DNA from: Heptranchias perlo
Lineage: Eukaryota
Reading direction: 5' to 3'
Length of the DNA stretch: 64,000 nt
Assembly (NCBI RefSeq): GCF_035084215.1
Contig: NC_090331.1
Location: forward strand, 72,416,001-72,480,000
Part shown: piece by piece, positions 38,605 through 52,153 of the stretch
Layout: the number at the start of each line of letters is the position of its first letter
Numbering within the stretch: the stretch's first letter is position 1
Position numbers and translations under genes: made by a program
Notes under the pieces: generated by a model
What the model was told of the DNA's origin: nothing
The model's input: the letters and a program-made list of their open reading frames with translations, nothing else
Database searches by the model: none

Positions 38605-41600
38605 TAAAATCTAGTTTAAAATCTTTTAAAATCTAGTGTTAATTGCTATTAACTGTTAAGTATGATCGACTGTTTCAGTTCAATTTTAAACTTTAAATTT
38701 TTAAGTTTGTCAGGCTGAAGCAGAGACAAACTGGAGAGCTGCTGTCGTTCGTTAAATGGTTCGCTGGATTAAACTGGTTCCTGAAAGAGTCGCAGAGCAG
38801 GGCTGACTCATCTGAGTCACAAACAGTGGAAATAACAGGGGCCTGTGAGTGCAACGGCACTGAGTGCAGTGGGGACGGAGTGAACAACTTGAGAGTTTGG
38901 GAAGTGTGGGAGTTCGGTGAAGTGGGGGAAGGAGGTGCTGCTTTGCCTTGCTTTTCCTAACTTTTCCACAGAGCAGCGGCAGACCTGAGCAGCAGCAGAC
39001 TGAGAACGGGATAAAAGCAGCAGCATAAGAACCATAAGAACATCAGAGATAGGGGAAGGAGTCGGCCATTCGGCCCCTCGAGCCTGCTCCGCCATTTAAT
39101 GAGATCATGGCTGATCTGATTTTTACCTCAACTCCACCTTCCTGCACTTTCCCCATATCCTTGACTACCTTGCTGATCAAAAATTTGTCTAACTCAACCT
39201 TGATTGTGTTCAATGATTCAGCCTCCACAGCTTTTTGGAGTGACCCCTTATTCTGAGATTATGAAACCCAAGTTTTAGATTCCCCCATAAGGGATAACAT
39301 CCTCTCAGCATCTACAATATCGAGTCCCCTCAGAATCTTGTATGTTTCAATAAGATCTCCTCTCATTCTTCTAAACTCCAATGAGTATACACCCAACCTG
39401 TTCAATCTTTCCTCATAAGACAACGCTTCCATACCCGGAATCAACCTCGTGAACCTTCTTTGAACTGCCTCCAATGCAAGGATATCCTTCCTGAAATAAG
39501 GGCACCAGGACTGTACGCAGTACTCCAGGTGTGGCCTCACCAGCACCCTGTACAGTTGTAGAATGACTTCCCTGCTTTTATACTCCATCCCCCTGGAAAT
39601 AAAGGCCACTATTCCGTTTGCCTTCCGGATTACCTGCTGCACCTGTTGACTTTTTGTGTTTCATGTATGAGGACACCCAGATCCCTCTGTACCGCAGCAT
39701 TTTGTAGTATTTCTCCATTCAATTAATATTTTGCTTTTTTATTTTTCCTCCCAAAGTGGATGACTTCACATTTTCCCACATTATATTCCATCTGCCAAAT
39801 TTCTGCCCATTCGCTTAACCTGTCAGTATCCCTTTGCAGACACTTTGTGTCCTCATCGCAACTTGCTTTTCCACCTATCTTTGTATCATCAGTAAATTTG
39901 GTCACATGACACTCTGTTCCTTCATCCAAGTCATTGATATATATTGTAAATAGTTGAGGCCCCAGCACTGATCCCTGCGGCACCCCACTAGTTACAGATA
40001 ACCATTTTGAAAATGACCCTTTTATTCCGACTCTTTGTTTTCTGTTAGCTAGCCAGTCTTCCATCCATGCCAGTAAATTTCCCCCAACACCATGAGCTCC
40101 TATCTTGTGCAGTAATCTTTGATGTGGCACCTTATCGAATGCCTTTAGGAAATCCAAATACACTGCATCCATTGGTTCCCCTTTATCCACCCTGCCCGTT
40201 ACTTCCTCAAAGAACTCCAATAAATTTGTCAGACATGATTTCCCCTTCATAAAACCATGTTGACTCTCCTTGATTGTATTATGAGTCTCCAAATGTCCTG
40301 CTGTTACTTCCTTAATCATGGATTCTCGCATTTTCCCAATGACAGATGTTAGGCTAAGTGGTCTGTAGTTACCTGCTTTCGATCTCACTCCCTTCTTGAA
40401 TAGGGGTGTTACATTTGCGGTTTTCCAATCCGCTGGGACCTTTCCAGAATCTAGTGAATTCTGGAAGATGACAACCAATGCATCCACTATCTCTGCAGCC
40501 ACTTCCTTTAAGACCCTTGGATGCAAGCCATAAGGTCCAGGGGACTTGTCAGCCTTTAGACCCATTAGTTTCCCTAGTACTTTTTCTCTCGTGATAGTGA
40601 TTGTTTTTAGATCCTCCCCCCATTTTGCCCCTTGATTTTCTACAATTATTGTAATGTTATTAGTGTCTTCTACTCTGAAGACAGATACAAACTATCTGTT
40701 CAATTCCTCTGCCATTTCCTTGTTTTCCATTATTATTTCCCCAGTCCCATCCTCTAAGGGACCAATGTTTACATTAGCTACCCTCTTCCTTTTTATATAC
40801 TTGTCGAAGCTTATTTTTTTCAGCAGACCTGCAATCAGAGAAAACTGCAGTGTGACGTCGCAGGTGAGGCAGGTAAGTGATTGGTAGTGACTGTGGGCTA
40901 AGTTTTGAGTTAACATATAGCATATAACTAAATTTTAAAAACTAAACTTAATTGAATTAATCTAATAAATTAAACAAGGAAAATAATTTGTTTAACTCTA
41001 AATTAATGAAATAAATAAAATAATGGGAGAACAAGAGATGTGTTCCTGCTGCAATATGTGGGAGCTTATGGACCTTTTTGTCCAGGGTAATGACATCTGC
41101 AGTAAGTGTCTGCTGATCGAGGAACTTCGGCCTCGAGTTGAGGAGCTGGAGTTCGAGCTGCGGATGTTGCGAGACATCAGGGAGGGAGAAAGCGACCTGG
41201 ACCTTTTGCTCCAGGAGGCAGTCACACCCCTTAGATTAGATACTTTAGAACTGACACATGGTCAGGGACAGGAGGGTGTGACTGTGAGTGAGGCAGGTTC
41301 GGGGGTCCAGGAGGTCGTATTGCAGGATCCTCAGTCCCTGCGCTTGTCCAATGGATTTGAGGTTCTTGCAACCCATGTGGACAAGCGTGGGACTGCGTGC
41401 AGGATGAGCAAACTGACCACGGCATCATGGTGCACAAAGCCGTTCAAGTGGGGGGAGTAAAAAGGAAGGTGGTTGCAGTAGCCGACAGTATAGTTAGGAG
41501 GATAGACACTGTTCTCTGCAGCCAGGAGCATGAGTCCCGAAGTCTATGTTGCCAACCCGGTGCCAGGGTTAAGGTTATCTCCTACGGGCTGGAGAAGAAC

Positions 41601-44600
41601 TTGGAGTGGGAGGGGGAGGACCTTGTTGTCGTGGTCAATATTGGTGCCAATGACATTGGTTGGACTAAGAAAAAGGTTCTACTGAGAGAGTTTGAGCAGC
41701 TGGGGACTAAATTAAAAAGCAGAACTACAAAGGTAATAATCTCTGGATTGTTACCTGAGCCACGAGCAAATTGGCATAAGGTCAATAAGATCAGAGGGAT
41801 GAATGCGTGGCTCAAAGATTGGTGTGGGAGAAGTGAGTTTCGATTCATGGGGCACTGGCACCAGTACTGGGGAAAGAGAGAGCTGTTCCATTGGGTCAGA
41901 CTACACCTGAACCATGCTGGGACCAGAGTTCTATCAAATCAAATAACTAGGGAGGTAGATAGGGCTTTAAACTAAATAAGGGGCGGAGGAAGGGTCCCGC
42001 TGGAGAGAAATCTAGAATGTCAAAGAGAAAAGACAAGGAAGCAGTGCAGGAAAGTGATTGGGGTAAGGATAACCAGATTGTGTCAGGAAGGGACAGACCG
42101 TACAAACAAAAGAGTGCACTAACAAATAGAGTCCGGGTAAGAAAAATGGTAATAAGACTAATGGGGCTAGAGTACATAAAAATGTAAAGATGTCTAAAAA
42201 TGTTAAAAAGACAAATCCAAAGGCACTGTATCTGAATGCACGAAGCATTCGTAATAAAGTAGATGAATTAACAGCACAAATAGATGTAAACGGATATGAT
42301 ATAATTGCAATTACAGAGACTTGGCTGCAGGGTAACCAAGGCTGGAAGCTTAATATCCAAGGGTATTCGATATTTAGGAAGGACAGGCAAAAAGGAAAAG
42401 GAGGTGGGATGGCATTGTTAGTAAAGGATGAAATCAGAGCAATAGTGAGAAAGGATAATGGCTCAGAAAATCAAGATGTAGAATCAGTCTGGGTGGAGTT
42501 ATGAAGCAACAAGGGGCAGAAAACACTGGTGGGAGTAGTCTATAGGCCTCCAAACAGTAATAGTAATGTAGGGCATCAAACAGGAAATTAGAGGCGCATG
42601 TAACGAGGGTACTCGAGTAATCATGGGTGACTTTAATCTACATACAGACTGGCCAAACCAAATGAATTCCTGGAGTGTGTACGAGATGATTTTTTCGACC
42701 AGTACATTGAGGAGCCAACCAGGGAACAGGCTATCCTAGATTGGGTATTGTGCAATGAGAAGGGATTAATAAATAATCTTGTTGTGCGGGTCCTTAGGGG
42801 AAGAGTGACCTTAACATTATAGAAGTCTTCATTAAGATGGAAAGTGAAGTAGTCCAATCTGAAACTGGGGTCCAAAATCTAAAGAAAGGAAACAATGAAG
42901 GTATGAGGAGTGAGTTGGCTCTGATAGATTGGGAAGCTTCATTAAAAGGCATGATGGTGGATAGGCAATGGCTCACATTGAAGGAACGAATGCATGAATT
43001 GCAACAATTATACATTCCTTTCTGGTGCAAAAACACAAAAGGAAAAGCGGCCCAACCATGGCTAACAATAGAAATTAAAGAAAGTGCTAGATCCAATGAG
43101 GAGTCATATAAAGTTGCCAGAAAAAGCAGCAAGCCTGAGGATTGGGAGCAGTTCAGAATTCAGCAAATAAGGGACAAGGGATTGATTAAGAGGGGAAAAA
43201 TAGAGTACGAGAGTGAACTTGCAATGAACATGAAAGTGGACTGTACAAGCTTCTACAAGTATGTAAAAAGAAAAAGATTAGTGAAGGCAAAGGTAGGTCC
43301 CTTACGGTCAGAAACGGGAGAATTTATAATGGGGAACAGGGAAATGGCAGAGCAATTAAACAAATACTTTGGTTCTGTCTTCACAGAAGACGACACAGAA
43401 AACTTCCCAGAAATGCTCGAGGACCAAAGGATGAGTGAGAAGGAGGAATTAAAGGAAATTAGTATTCGTAAAAACATAGTGCTGGGGAAATTAATGGGAC
43501 TGAAAGTCGATAAATCCCCAGGGCCGAATAAACTGCATTACAGAGCACTAAAAGAGGTCGCCATGGAAATAGTGGATGCATTCGTTGTCATCGTCCTAAA
43601 TTCTATAGATTATGGAACAGTTCCTGCAGATTGGAGGATGGCAAATGGAAACCCACTATTTCAAAAAGAAGGGAGAGAGAAATCAGGGAACGACAGATCG
43701 GTAAGCCTAACATCAATAGCAGGGAAATTGCTAGAGTCTTTGATGAAGGATGTGTTAATAGGACCCTTAGAAAAAATCAACGGAATTAGACAAAGTCAAC
43801 GTGGATTTATTAAAGGGAAAGCATTTTTGACAAACCTACAAGAGTTTTTTGAGGATGAAACTGGTCGAATAGATAAGGGAGAACCAGTGGATGTGGTTTA
43901 TTTGGATTTTCAGAAGGCCTTTGATGAAGTCCCACATAAGAGGTTAGTGGGCAAAATTAAAGCACAGGGAATTGGTTGTAATATACTGGCATGGATTGAA
44001 AATTGGTTAACAGACAGGAAAGAGAGTCGGAATAAATGGGTCTTTTTCGGGGTGGCAGGCAGTGACTAGTGGGGTACCTCAGGGATCAGTGCTCGGGCCC
44101 CAGATATTCACAATATATATCAATGATTTGGATGAGGGAAGCAAATATAATATTTCCAAGTTTGCTGACGACACAAAACTCGGTGGGATTGTCAGTTGTG
44201 AGGAGGATGCAAAGAGGCTTCAAGGCAATTTAAACAAGTTGAGCGAGTGGGCAAAGTATAATGTGGAAAAATGTGAAGTTATCCACTTCGGAAGGAAAAA
44301 CAGAAAGGCAGAGTATTATTTCAATGGTGATAGATTGGGAAATGGTTGATGTACAAAGGAACCTGGGTGTCCTTGTACACCAGTCACTGAAAGCAAACAT
44401 GCAGTTGCAGCAAGCAGTTAGGAAGGCAAATGGTATGTTGGCCTTCATTGCAAGAGGATTTAAATACAGGAGCAAGGATGTCTTACTGCAGTTATACAGG
44501 GCCTTGATGAGACCACACCTAGAGTATAGTGTGCAGTTTTGGTCTCCTTACTTAAGAAAGGATCTGCTTGCCATGGAGGGAGTGCAGCGAAAGTTCACCA

Positions 44601-45075
44601 GACTGATTCCTGGGATGGTAGAACTGTCATATGAGGAGAGATTGGGTCGACTCGGCCTGTATTCACTCGAGTTTAGAGTGAGAGCGGATCTCATTGAAAC
44701 GTATAAAATTCTGACAGGGCTAGACAGACTGGATGCAGGGAGGATGTTTCCCCTGGCTGTGGGATCCAGAACGAGGGGTCACAGTCTCAGGATACGGGGT
44801 AGGACATTTAGGACTGAGATGAGGAGAAATTTCTTCACTCAGAGAGTGGTGAACCTGTGGAATTCTCTACGACAGAAGACTGTGCAGGCCAAGTCACTGA
44901 ATATATTTAAGAAGGAGCGAGATAGATTTCTAGATGCAAAAGGCATCAAGGGGTATGGAGAGAGAGCGGGAATATGGTATTGAAGTAGAGGATCAGCCAT
45001 GATCATATTGAATGGCAGAGCAGGCTCGAACGACCGAATGGCCTACTCCTGCTCCTTTTTCTATGTTTCTATGTT
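38605..45075 (+). mobile_element. CR1 LINE composite, copy 4
   Basis: Same junctions and shared disablements as copy 1. Confidence 0.93.
39024..40820 (-). mobile_element. Nested antisense CR1, copy 4
   Basis: RT ORFs 39723-40565 and 39259-39642, with CAGCAG flanks. Confidence 0.92.
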
Positions 45076-45714
45076 AACCGACTTACATTGAGAACCATGA
45101 GCGTGTGTACAGTTACAGCATTGAATCAAATGAGATTTTTCATGTACACCTGAGCAATATATCCACTTCTTCACTGAAAGTGGTGAACATTGGAAATGGA
45201 TTTCACTATAATATTGTTTTCTGATGTGATTTTCAATGTTTGTACTTTAAAAAGCAGTTACATTCTCTTGGAGTTGAGGACGAGAGTGAAGCTGGACTAA
45301 ATGCTGTGGATATTTTTACTTTAAAAGTGCCTGATTCTTATTCCAGGTTTCCATTAGTCAACTGAGATGATATAGAAATGAGAACCTTGGATATCATTCA
45401 TGGGACAAGCAGCCCTCATTCATAGTGACTTCCATTTTGATGCTCACTTTCATGAAGTCCGTGCATTGTATTGTCAGTCTCATGGACAACGTTCATTCTT
45501 AAATCTGCATTTACTGAATTGAAATCAATTCATTAGCTGAGATCAAAGAGGTAAAATACTCGGCATGAGACACCAGCCTGAGATTTCCATGAGATTTCTC
45601 TGTGATTTCCACCATTATCCAAATATAAATGACAAACTTGTTTGTTAAGTAGAGGAGATTTTATTAATCTTAAGACCATTTCAGAGAGACAAAATCATGT
45701 TTCTCAAGAACAAT

Positions 45715-47493
45715 CTAGAAGTCCCTCATGCGCCTGAATGATCCGATAGTTGATCTGTAGCCACCCCAGTCACTGAATCTCCTGTATTCACCGGGTCTCA
45801 TGAAGTACTGTCGGCCTCTGTAGTTGGGATGTTCATAGAAGGTCCAGTAACCGTCCATCACATGGCAGGAGTGAATGTCACGGTAGCGGAAACAATCGTA
45901 GACAGATGGACAGTCATCCATGAATTCCATCATCTGTCCTCCAAAGTCAGGCCTCTCGTAAATCCTCATTCTGTAGTTTCCACCTCTGTACTGTAATATA
46001 AAAAGATCATATTAGTGAAGAAACTATAAATGTTCAGTGTCTAGAAAGACAGCCTCCTGGTGAGAAGGGAGCTTAAGAAAGGTTGCAGATGATGTTTCTG
46101 AAAAGCAAGAGACCGTTCAGTGACATCTATTGAAGCAGCAGATTCTCTCCTAACTGAAGTCACCAAGCAGCTCTTGTGTAAATGATAAGATAAGATGCCT
46201 AAGTTCTGAGTCTCCCTGTAGGTGGTGTTTTTACATTCCAAACTTCCAATCAAACAATTAGGCATTCAATTCTAATTGGTGAATTATTGTGAACTAATTC
46301 ATCCAATTATATTCCCGTTTTTTATTGAAACTTTAGACTGTTGTACAGATCACATGTTACCCAGTTTTTTTTATATTGGTTCATAGATATAGGCATCGTT
46401 GGCAAGGCCAGCATTTATTAACAATCCCTAATTGCCCTTGAGAAGGTAGTGGTGAGCTGCCTTCTCAAAACGCTGCAATCCGTGTGGTGAAGGTTCTCTC
46501 ACAGTGCTGTTATGAATGTGACTTGCCACTGAACAGCCCCAACCTGGATGTTGTCCAGTCCTTGCTGCATGTGGGCTCGGACTGCATCATTATCTGAGGG
46601 GTTGCAAATGGAACTGAACACTGTGCAATCATCAGCGAACATCACCATTTCTGACCTTATGATGGAGGGAAGGTCACTGATGAAGCAGTTGAAGATGGTT
46701 GGGCGCACGACACTGCCCTGAGGAACTCATGCAACAATGACCTGGGGCTGAGATGATAAGCCTCCAACAACCACTACCATCTTCTTTTGTGCCAGGCATG
46801 ACTCCAGCCACTGCAGAGTTTTCCCCTGATTCCCATTGACTTCAATTTTACTCGGGCTCCTTGGTGCCACGCTCGGTTAAATGCTGCCTTGATGTCAAGG
46901 GCCATCATCACCTCTGGAATTCAGCTCTTTTAAGTTTGCATAATTATGCTCTTACGAACCAAGCTGTGTATCTTTATTATTATAAGAAATATCAGGTCAT
47001 TTAGATATAATATGCACAAAGCTTTACAACGTGTGAAAAAAGCTGAAGTGTTTTCCCAGTTGACATTGACAAACTCAATTGCTCAGCAAGTTGTCATTAA
47101 CTTGTCCTCAATCTGGGTAAAATATACAAACCATCAAAGGTAACTTACATATGGGTAGGTGCGACATGACCCGATGCTGTCATTGAATCCCATCCAGCGC
47201 TGGTAGTCAGGATATTCTCCTCTGCTCAGAACATACTGGTATCCCATGTAATTGGGTCTCTCATACAGCACCCACCAGTCACTCTCAACACGGATGGAGT
47301 TGCAGCGGCTGAAGTAAGAGGACAGGTCAGCATAGTCAGTACTGCACTCGTAGTGCCGACCCTGGAAGTTCCTGTCTTCATAAAAGATGATCTGTGGAAA
47401 GATGTAGATTTGCAAATTAATATTTTCTCAAACTAGGAGATTGAAGAGTTATAATACAAAGTATAAAATCTGAGTTCTCCTTGCCTTTCCCAT
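45715..47493 (-). CDS. cryg: Gamma-crystallin gene 5 (type B), 175 aa; exons 47485-47493, 47149-47391, 45715-45990
   Basis: Same exon structure and splice sites. Protein identical to gene 2. Confidence 0.95.
46365..46925 (-). mobile_element. Intron 2 LINE fragment, gene 5
   Basis: Copy of 10809-11369. Confidence 0.85.
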
Positions 47494-47552
47494 TTTGAGC
47501 TCACAGTTAGATTAGTAACTGACTGAATGTTTCACTGCTTCACACAGCTTGG

Positions 47553-47632
47553 TATTTATATGCTGGGCAGAAAGGCCTCTCTGGGCTGCATCTTTGTTAT
47601 TCTAATGATTCAGGATTGAAAATCAGCAAAAA
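47553..47632 (-). promoter_or_regulatory. Gene 5 proximal promoter (intact TATAAATA)
   Basis: tatttata at 47553-47560, with SOX-like and half-MARE motifs. Confidence 0.7.
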
Positions 47633-48019
47633 GCAACAAAGCACATGTTGCATTCATTGTAGAAAAACACCTGAAAGATGCCTGATGTGTCATTTATTCT
47701 TTCCTCTTTGCCTTCCTGTCATTTTAATTGTTGCTGAACAAAGCAGTTCTGGAACAATCTCAGATCCAAAGTGACCCAGGTCTCTTTCAAATGGTTTGGT
47801 GCAACTGCCTGGTTCTGCTGCCAAACTGGCCGAGATAAAGACAAACGTATCCAGAGCATGTTCCTTCGTTTATTGCCTTGTACACATCTGATTGATGTAT
47901 AATTGCGAGTGAGTTTAGTTTCCAGATTGCGCCACTGCCCCCTCCCAAAAACCTTCAGACAATGATATCACAGCCAGCACCAATCTGATGATATTATTAC
48001 CTTCATGTGCAGCCATATT

Positions 48020-49888
48020 AATACAAACATACGAATTAAGAGCAGGATTAGGCCATTCGGCCTCTCGAGCCTGCTCTGCCATTTGATAAGATCATGGCTG
48101 ATCTGATTGTGACCTCAACACTAATTTCCTGTCTACCTACTATAACCTTTGACACCCTTGTTCATCAGGAATCCATCCAACTCAGCCTTAAAAATATTCA
48201 ATGACCCTGCCTCCACCGCTCTCTGAGGAAGGGAGTCCCACAGACTCATGACCCTCTGCGAGATAAAAATTCTCCTCATCTCTGTATTAAATGAGAGACC
48301 CCTTATCTTTAAACTGTGGCCCTTAGATCGAGTCTCTCTCCCAAGGGGATACATCCTCTCAGCTTCTACCCCTTCTGCTCCCCTCAGGATCTTACATGTT
48401 TCAATAAGACCACCTCTCATTCTTCTATACTCCAGTCTATACAGGCCCAACTTGTCCAACCTTTCCTCATAAGATAACCCCCTCATCCCAGGAATCTGTT
48501 GAGTGAACCTTCTCTGAACCGCCTCCAAAGCAATTATGTCCTTTCTTAAATAAGGAGACCAAAACTGCACACGGTATTCTAGATGTGGTCTGTAAGGGGT
48601 TTATTTTTTTACTGTTTCTCGGGCTTATAATAGGTCAGCCAGTTATGTTTTCCTGAGCTGCCCTGCCCGCAGTGCGGTTGCGAATCGCTTACCCCTTCCT
48701 GATTCTGAGCTGAGTACTTATCGAGTGGTAACAAAGACAGACAAACAGACCAGTGGATTGGTACAAGGAAAAACCAATGTTTATTAATAAGAAAAAAAAA
48801 CTAAAACTACAAGGTAAACAGTATAACACAGAAGATAAAGAAATCGCTATGGATGTAATAGAGTCTTACACTTATCGGGTTGAAAGAAAACGGACACATC
48901 GAGGGAAAATTCTAAAATCACAAGTTTAGCAATATCCCCTTTAACCCCCAACCTTACACCTATGCTAAGCTGTCTTGTGGCAGCCAGAAAATTAATGCTC
49001 ACCGGTGAAAACAGATGAAAAGGCCTGGCCCCTGTGCCTGCTGTTGCCGTCGACATGTGGTTGCGAGTTTTACTGAATGGCCTTCCTTCTTAGTTGCGAG
49101 CAGGCAGCAGGATGGGGCCAAGAGGCGAAGAGAGAAGCTAAAGAGAGATACTGGGCAGCCCCAGTTATACCCTCTTGGTAACAGGTTTTTTTTTCATACC
49201 TTATCAGCTTGCTTCATTGTTTGATTTAAGCACGAAACGTAAGATAAAGGACCCCATCTCTGGCCCATTAACATTAATGGCCATTTCCTGTATCAATCTG
49301 TTCGCTAACTGCTTTACCATTGTTCCGAATGTACCTTGATGGTTCACCTTTTGTCCTGCGATCACTTCCTGCTCGAATTTTGATGTGTTGGCCGGCCATG
49401 TTGATAGCTTGCCTCAGGGCGAGAATGCAGCTGCATTGTTTAAAGAAACCTGTCTGAGACACGAAGCCTGCCGAGTTGTTGAGAATGCAATTTCAAATCT
49501 GCCAGTCCTCGGCCATGTGTCTGACTGCAGCCATTTTGAGAGACCTTGGATTTTTTAAAACAGTCACACCAGGGTTTCTTTAATAACTCCAATAAATCTT
49601 CGGGGTGGGGGGAACATGTGAAATTTTGCGAATCCCTTCAGGTCTCACCAATGCCCTGTACAACTGTAGCAAAACATCTCTACTTTTATATTCCATTCCC
49701 CTTGCAATAAATGACAATATTCCATTTGCCTTCCTGATCACTTGCTGCACCTGCATACTCACTTTGAGATTCATGTCTTTGGACACCCAGATCCCTCTGC
49801 ACCTCAGAGTTCTGCAATCTCTCTCCATTTAAATAATATACTGCTTTACGATTCCTCCTGCCAAAGTGGACAAGTTCACCTTTTCCCA
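48020..49888 (-). mobile_element. Type-B upstream CR1 fragment, gene 5, interrupted by a solo LTR
   Basis: Same element with CATATT flanks, split at ggtc by the 48591-49640 insertion. Confidence 0.9.
48591..49640 (-). mobile_element. Solo LTR (1050 bp) of an ERV or LTR retrotransposon
   Basis: TG...CA termini with imperfect inverted ends (TGTAAGGGGTT / AATCCCTTCA). 4-bp GGTC duplication at 48587-48590 and 49641-49644. Absent from the other B units. Orientation inferred from a minus-strand TATAA (~49165) followed by AATAAA (~48780). Confidence 0.8.
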
Positions 49889-50161
49889 CATATTGTGGGT
49901 GGTGTTTTTAACACAAATTACAGATCATACTTTGTATATTTGGTTTACACAGTGTCTTGAAAAGAAACTTACTGTCTACTTTTTTATTTTAACGTTCAGG
50001 ACAACAAATAGGAAAATTCAAATAAGTAAGAGAACAATAGAAAGTTAAGATGTGGAAAACAACGTCAGAGATTGAAAGTAGCTTTCAGCTTTGTTTGTCC
50101 CGACGGCAAAGTGTTAAAGACCAGATAGGTCTCCTTAGAGATAACTTGGAAAAAAGGATGT

Positions 50162-50401
50162 GAGATCACTATAATTTCCCAGAGATCACTGTGCTTTTCC
50201 ATAGATCACTGTACTTTCCGAGATAACATTATGCTTCTGCATTGACCGTTTTAATCTCGATGGGATCATTCGACTTTCCCAGAGAACACAATACTTTCCC
50301 AGAGAACACTGTATTTTTCCAGAGATCGCTGTGAACTCCCAGAGATCACTATACTCTCCCAGAGATGGCTGTAGTTTCCCAGAGAACACTGTAATTTCCC
50401 A
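50162..50401. repeat. 20-bp minisatellite, ~12 units
   Basis: Same consensus. Confidence 0.9.
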
Positions 50402-52153
50402 CTGCCTTTTCCTGTTCATTGAGGAGTGATCCAGTTCGATTTTGAGCTCCCTCAAAGCAGCGCAACTTGGGTTGGGAACAAGGTTGTGCAGAGGATTGTA
50501 GCTGTGATACTTTGGCCCCAAACCTTTGCTGGATTTGACCCATAAATCTTGAAGCTTTTATAAGGAGGGGAAAGTAGACCAATGATTAAAAACAGATAAG
50601 AAACATTTATCATTGATCATTGTTAATGTCACTGACCCGAGGAATGTCACTTCCACACAGAATATCAATTATGTCTTTTAATAAAAATATTATTGAGGGT
50701 GCATTCCAAAAAGGAACCAGTTGCAGAGTTGTGATTGATTTGGTAAATCGTGCAAATGTGCACCTTACCTGACTGAGTGCAACAACAGAACCTCCTGTGA
50801 TTCATAAATTTGTATTTTATCAAACGAGCAACCTTTGTACTCGGGGTAGTTTAGAAGCAGCACTGTCAGTTACATCACTACATTTTTAAAATAAATCGTG
50901 GAACAAACAAAATACTGAGGGTGGAATTGACTTTCTGCACCTGATAAGTTAAAATAAAGAATACATGAAGTGAAATTCGTTATATAGATTTTTAATATAG
51001 TAAAATGTTAATGCACTACAGACTCATGATGTGACCAATTGTATATATTCTGCTGTGTGTTAAACCATGTTCTATGTATTAACAGCAATAAGTGGTTTCT
51101 GAAAACATACGAGCATACAAAAATGAAGGGTAGGAAAAGGCCAGCAGGTCCATCAAGCCTGCCCCACATGCATGATGGCTGGAGCATCACAACTGGACCT
51201 ATCCTACCTCCCCAAAGCCATGTTATCTCCTGCTATCTCCATCAATCCACTGTGAGACCACAACTTGTCCTTCACAGTGGAGAAGAGCTCAGTGATCCAA
51301 ACCTTCTCATTATTTTCACTGCCTGCTCTCTCAGGTTTCAGGGCTGGTCTCCCAGGCGATGTCGGAGCAGAGTGCACTTCAATCAAATCGACTCTCCATT
51401 AGAAGTGTCATTTTACTGACTGCAAGATAGCCAGGATTTCGTGAAAAATCCTTCTCACAGTCCATCCAATAAGTACACTGGAAATATTCTTCCTACTGAG
51501 TTTTGAGTTGTACAACCGACTTACATTGAGAACCACGAGCGTGTGTACAGTTACAGCATTGAATCAAATGTGTTTGTTGCATTTCCACAATGAGCAATAT
51601 ATCCACTTCTTCACTGAATGTGCTGAACATTGGAAATGGATTTCACGATAATTTTGTTTTCTGATGTGATCTTCAATGTTTTTACTTTAAAAAGGAGTTA
51701 CATTCTCTTGGAGTTGAGGACGAGAGTGAAGCTGGACTAAATGCTGTGCATATTTTCACTTTAAAAATGCCTGATTTTTATTCCAGGTTTCCTTTAGTCA
51801 ACTAAGATGATATAGAAATGAGAACCTTGGATTTCATTCATGGGACATGCAGCCCTCATTCACAGTGACTTACATTTTGATGCTCACTTTCATGAAGTCC
51901 ATGCATTGTATTGTCAATATCATGGACAACGTTCATTCCTAAATCTGCATTTACTGAATTGAAATAAATTCATTACCTGAGATCAAAGAATAAAATAATC
52001 GGCCTGAGACCCCGGCCTTGGATTTCCGTGAGATTTCTCTGTGATTTCCACTATATTCCAAAAGTAAGTGACAAACTCGGTTGTTAAGTAGGGGAGATTT
52101 TATTAATCTTAAGACCATTTCAGAGAGACAAAATCATGTTTTTCAAGAACAAT

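Noticed and set aside
41023-41975. Programmed ribosomal frameshift in LINE ORF1
   Set aside because: No slippery heptamer is evident at the overlap. The shared shift is explained by one indel predating duplication, and other copies have further stops.
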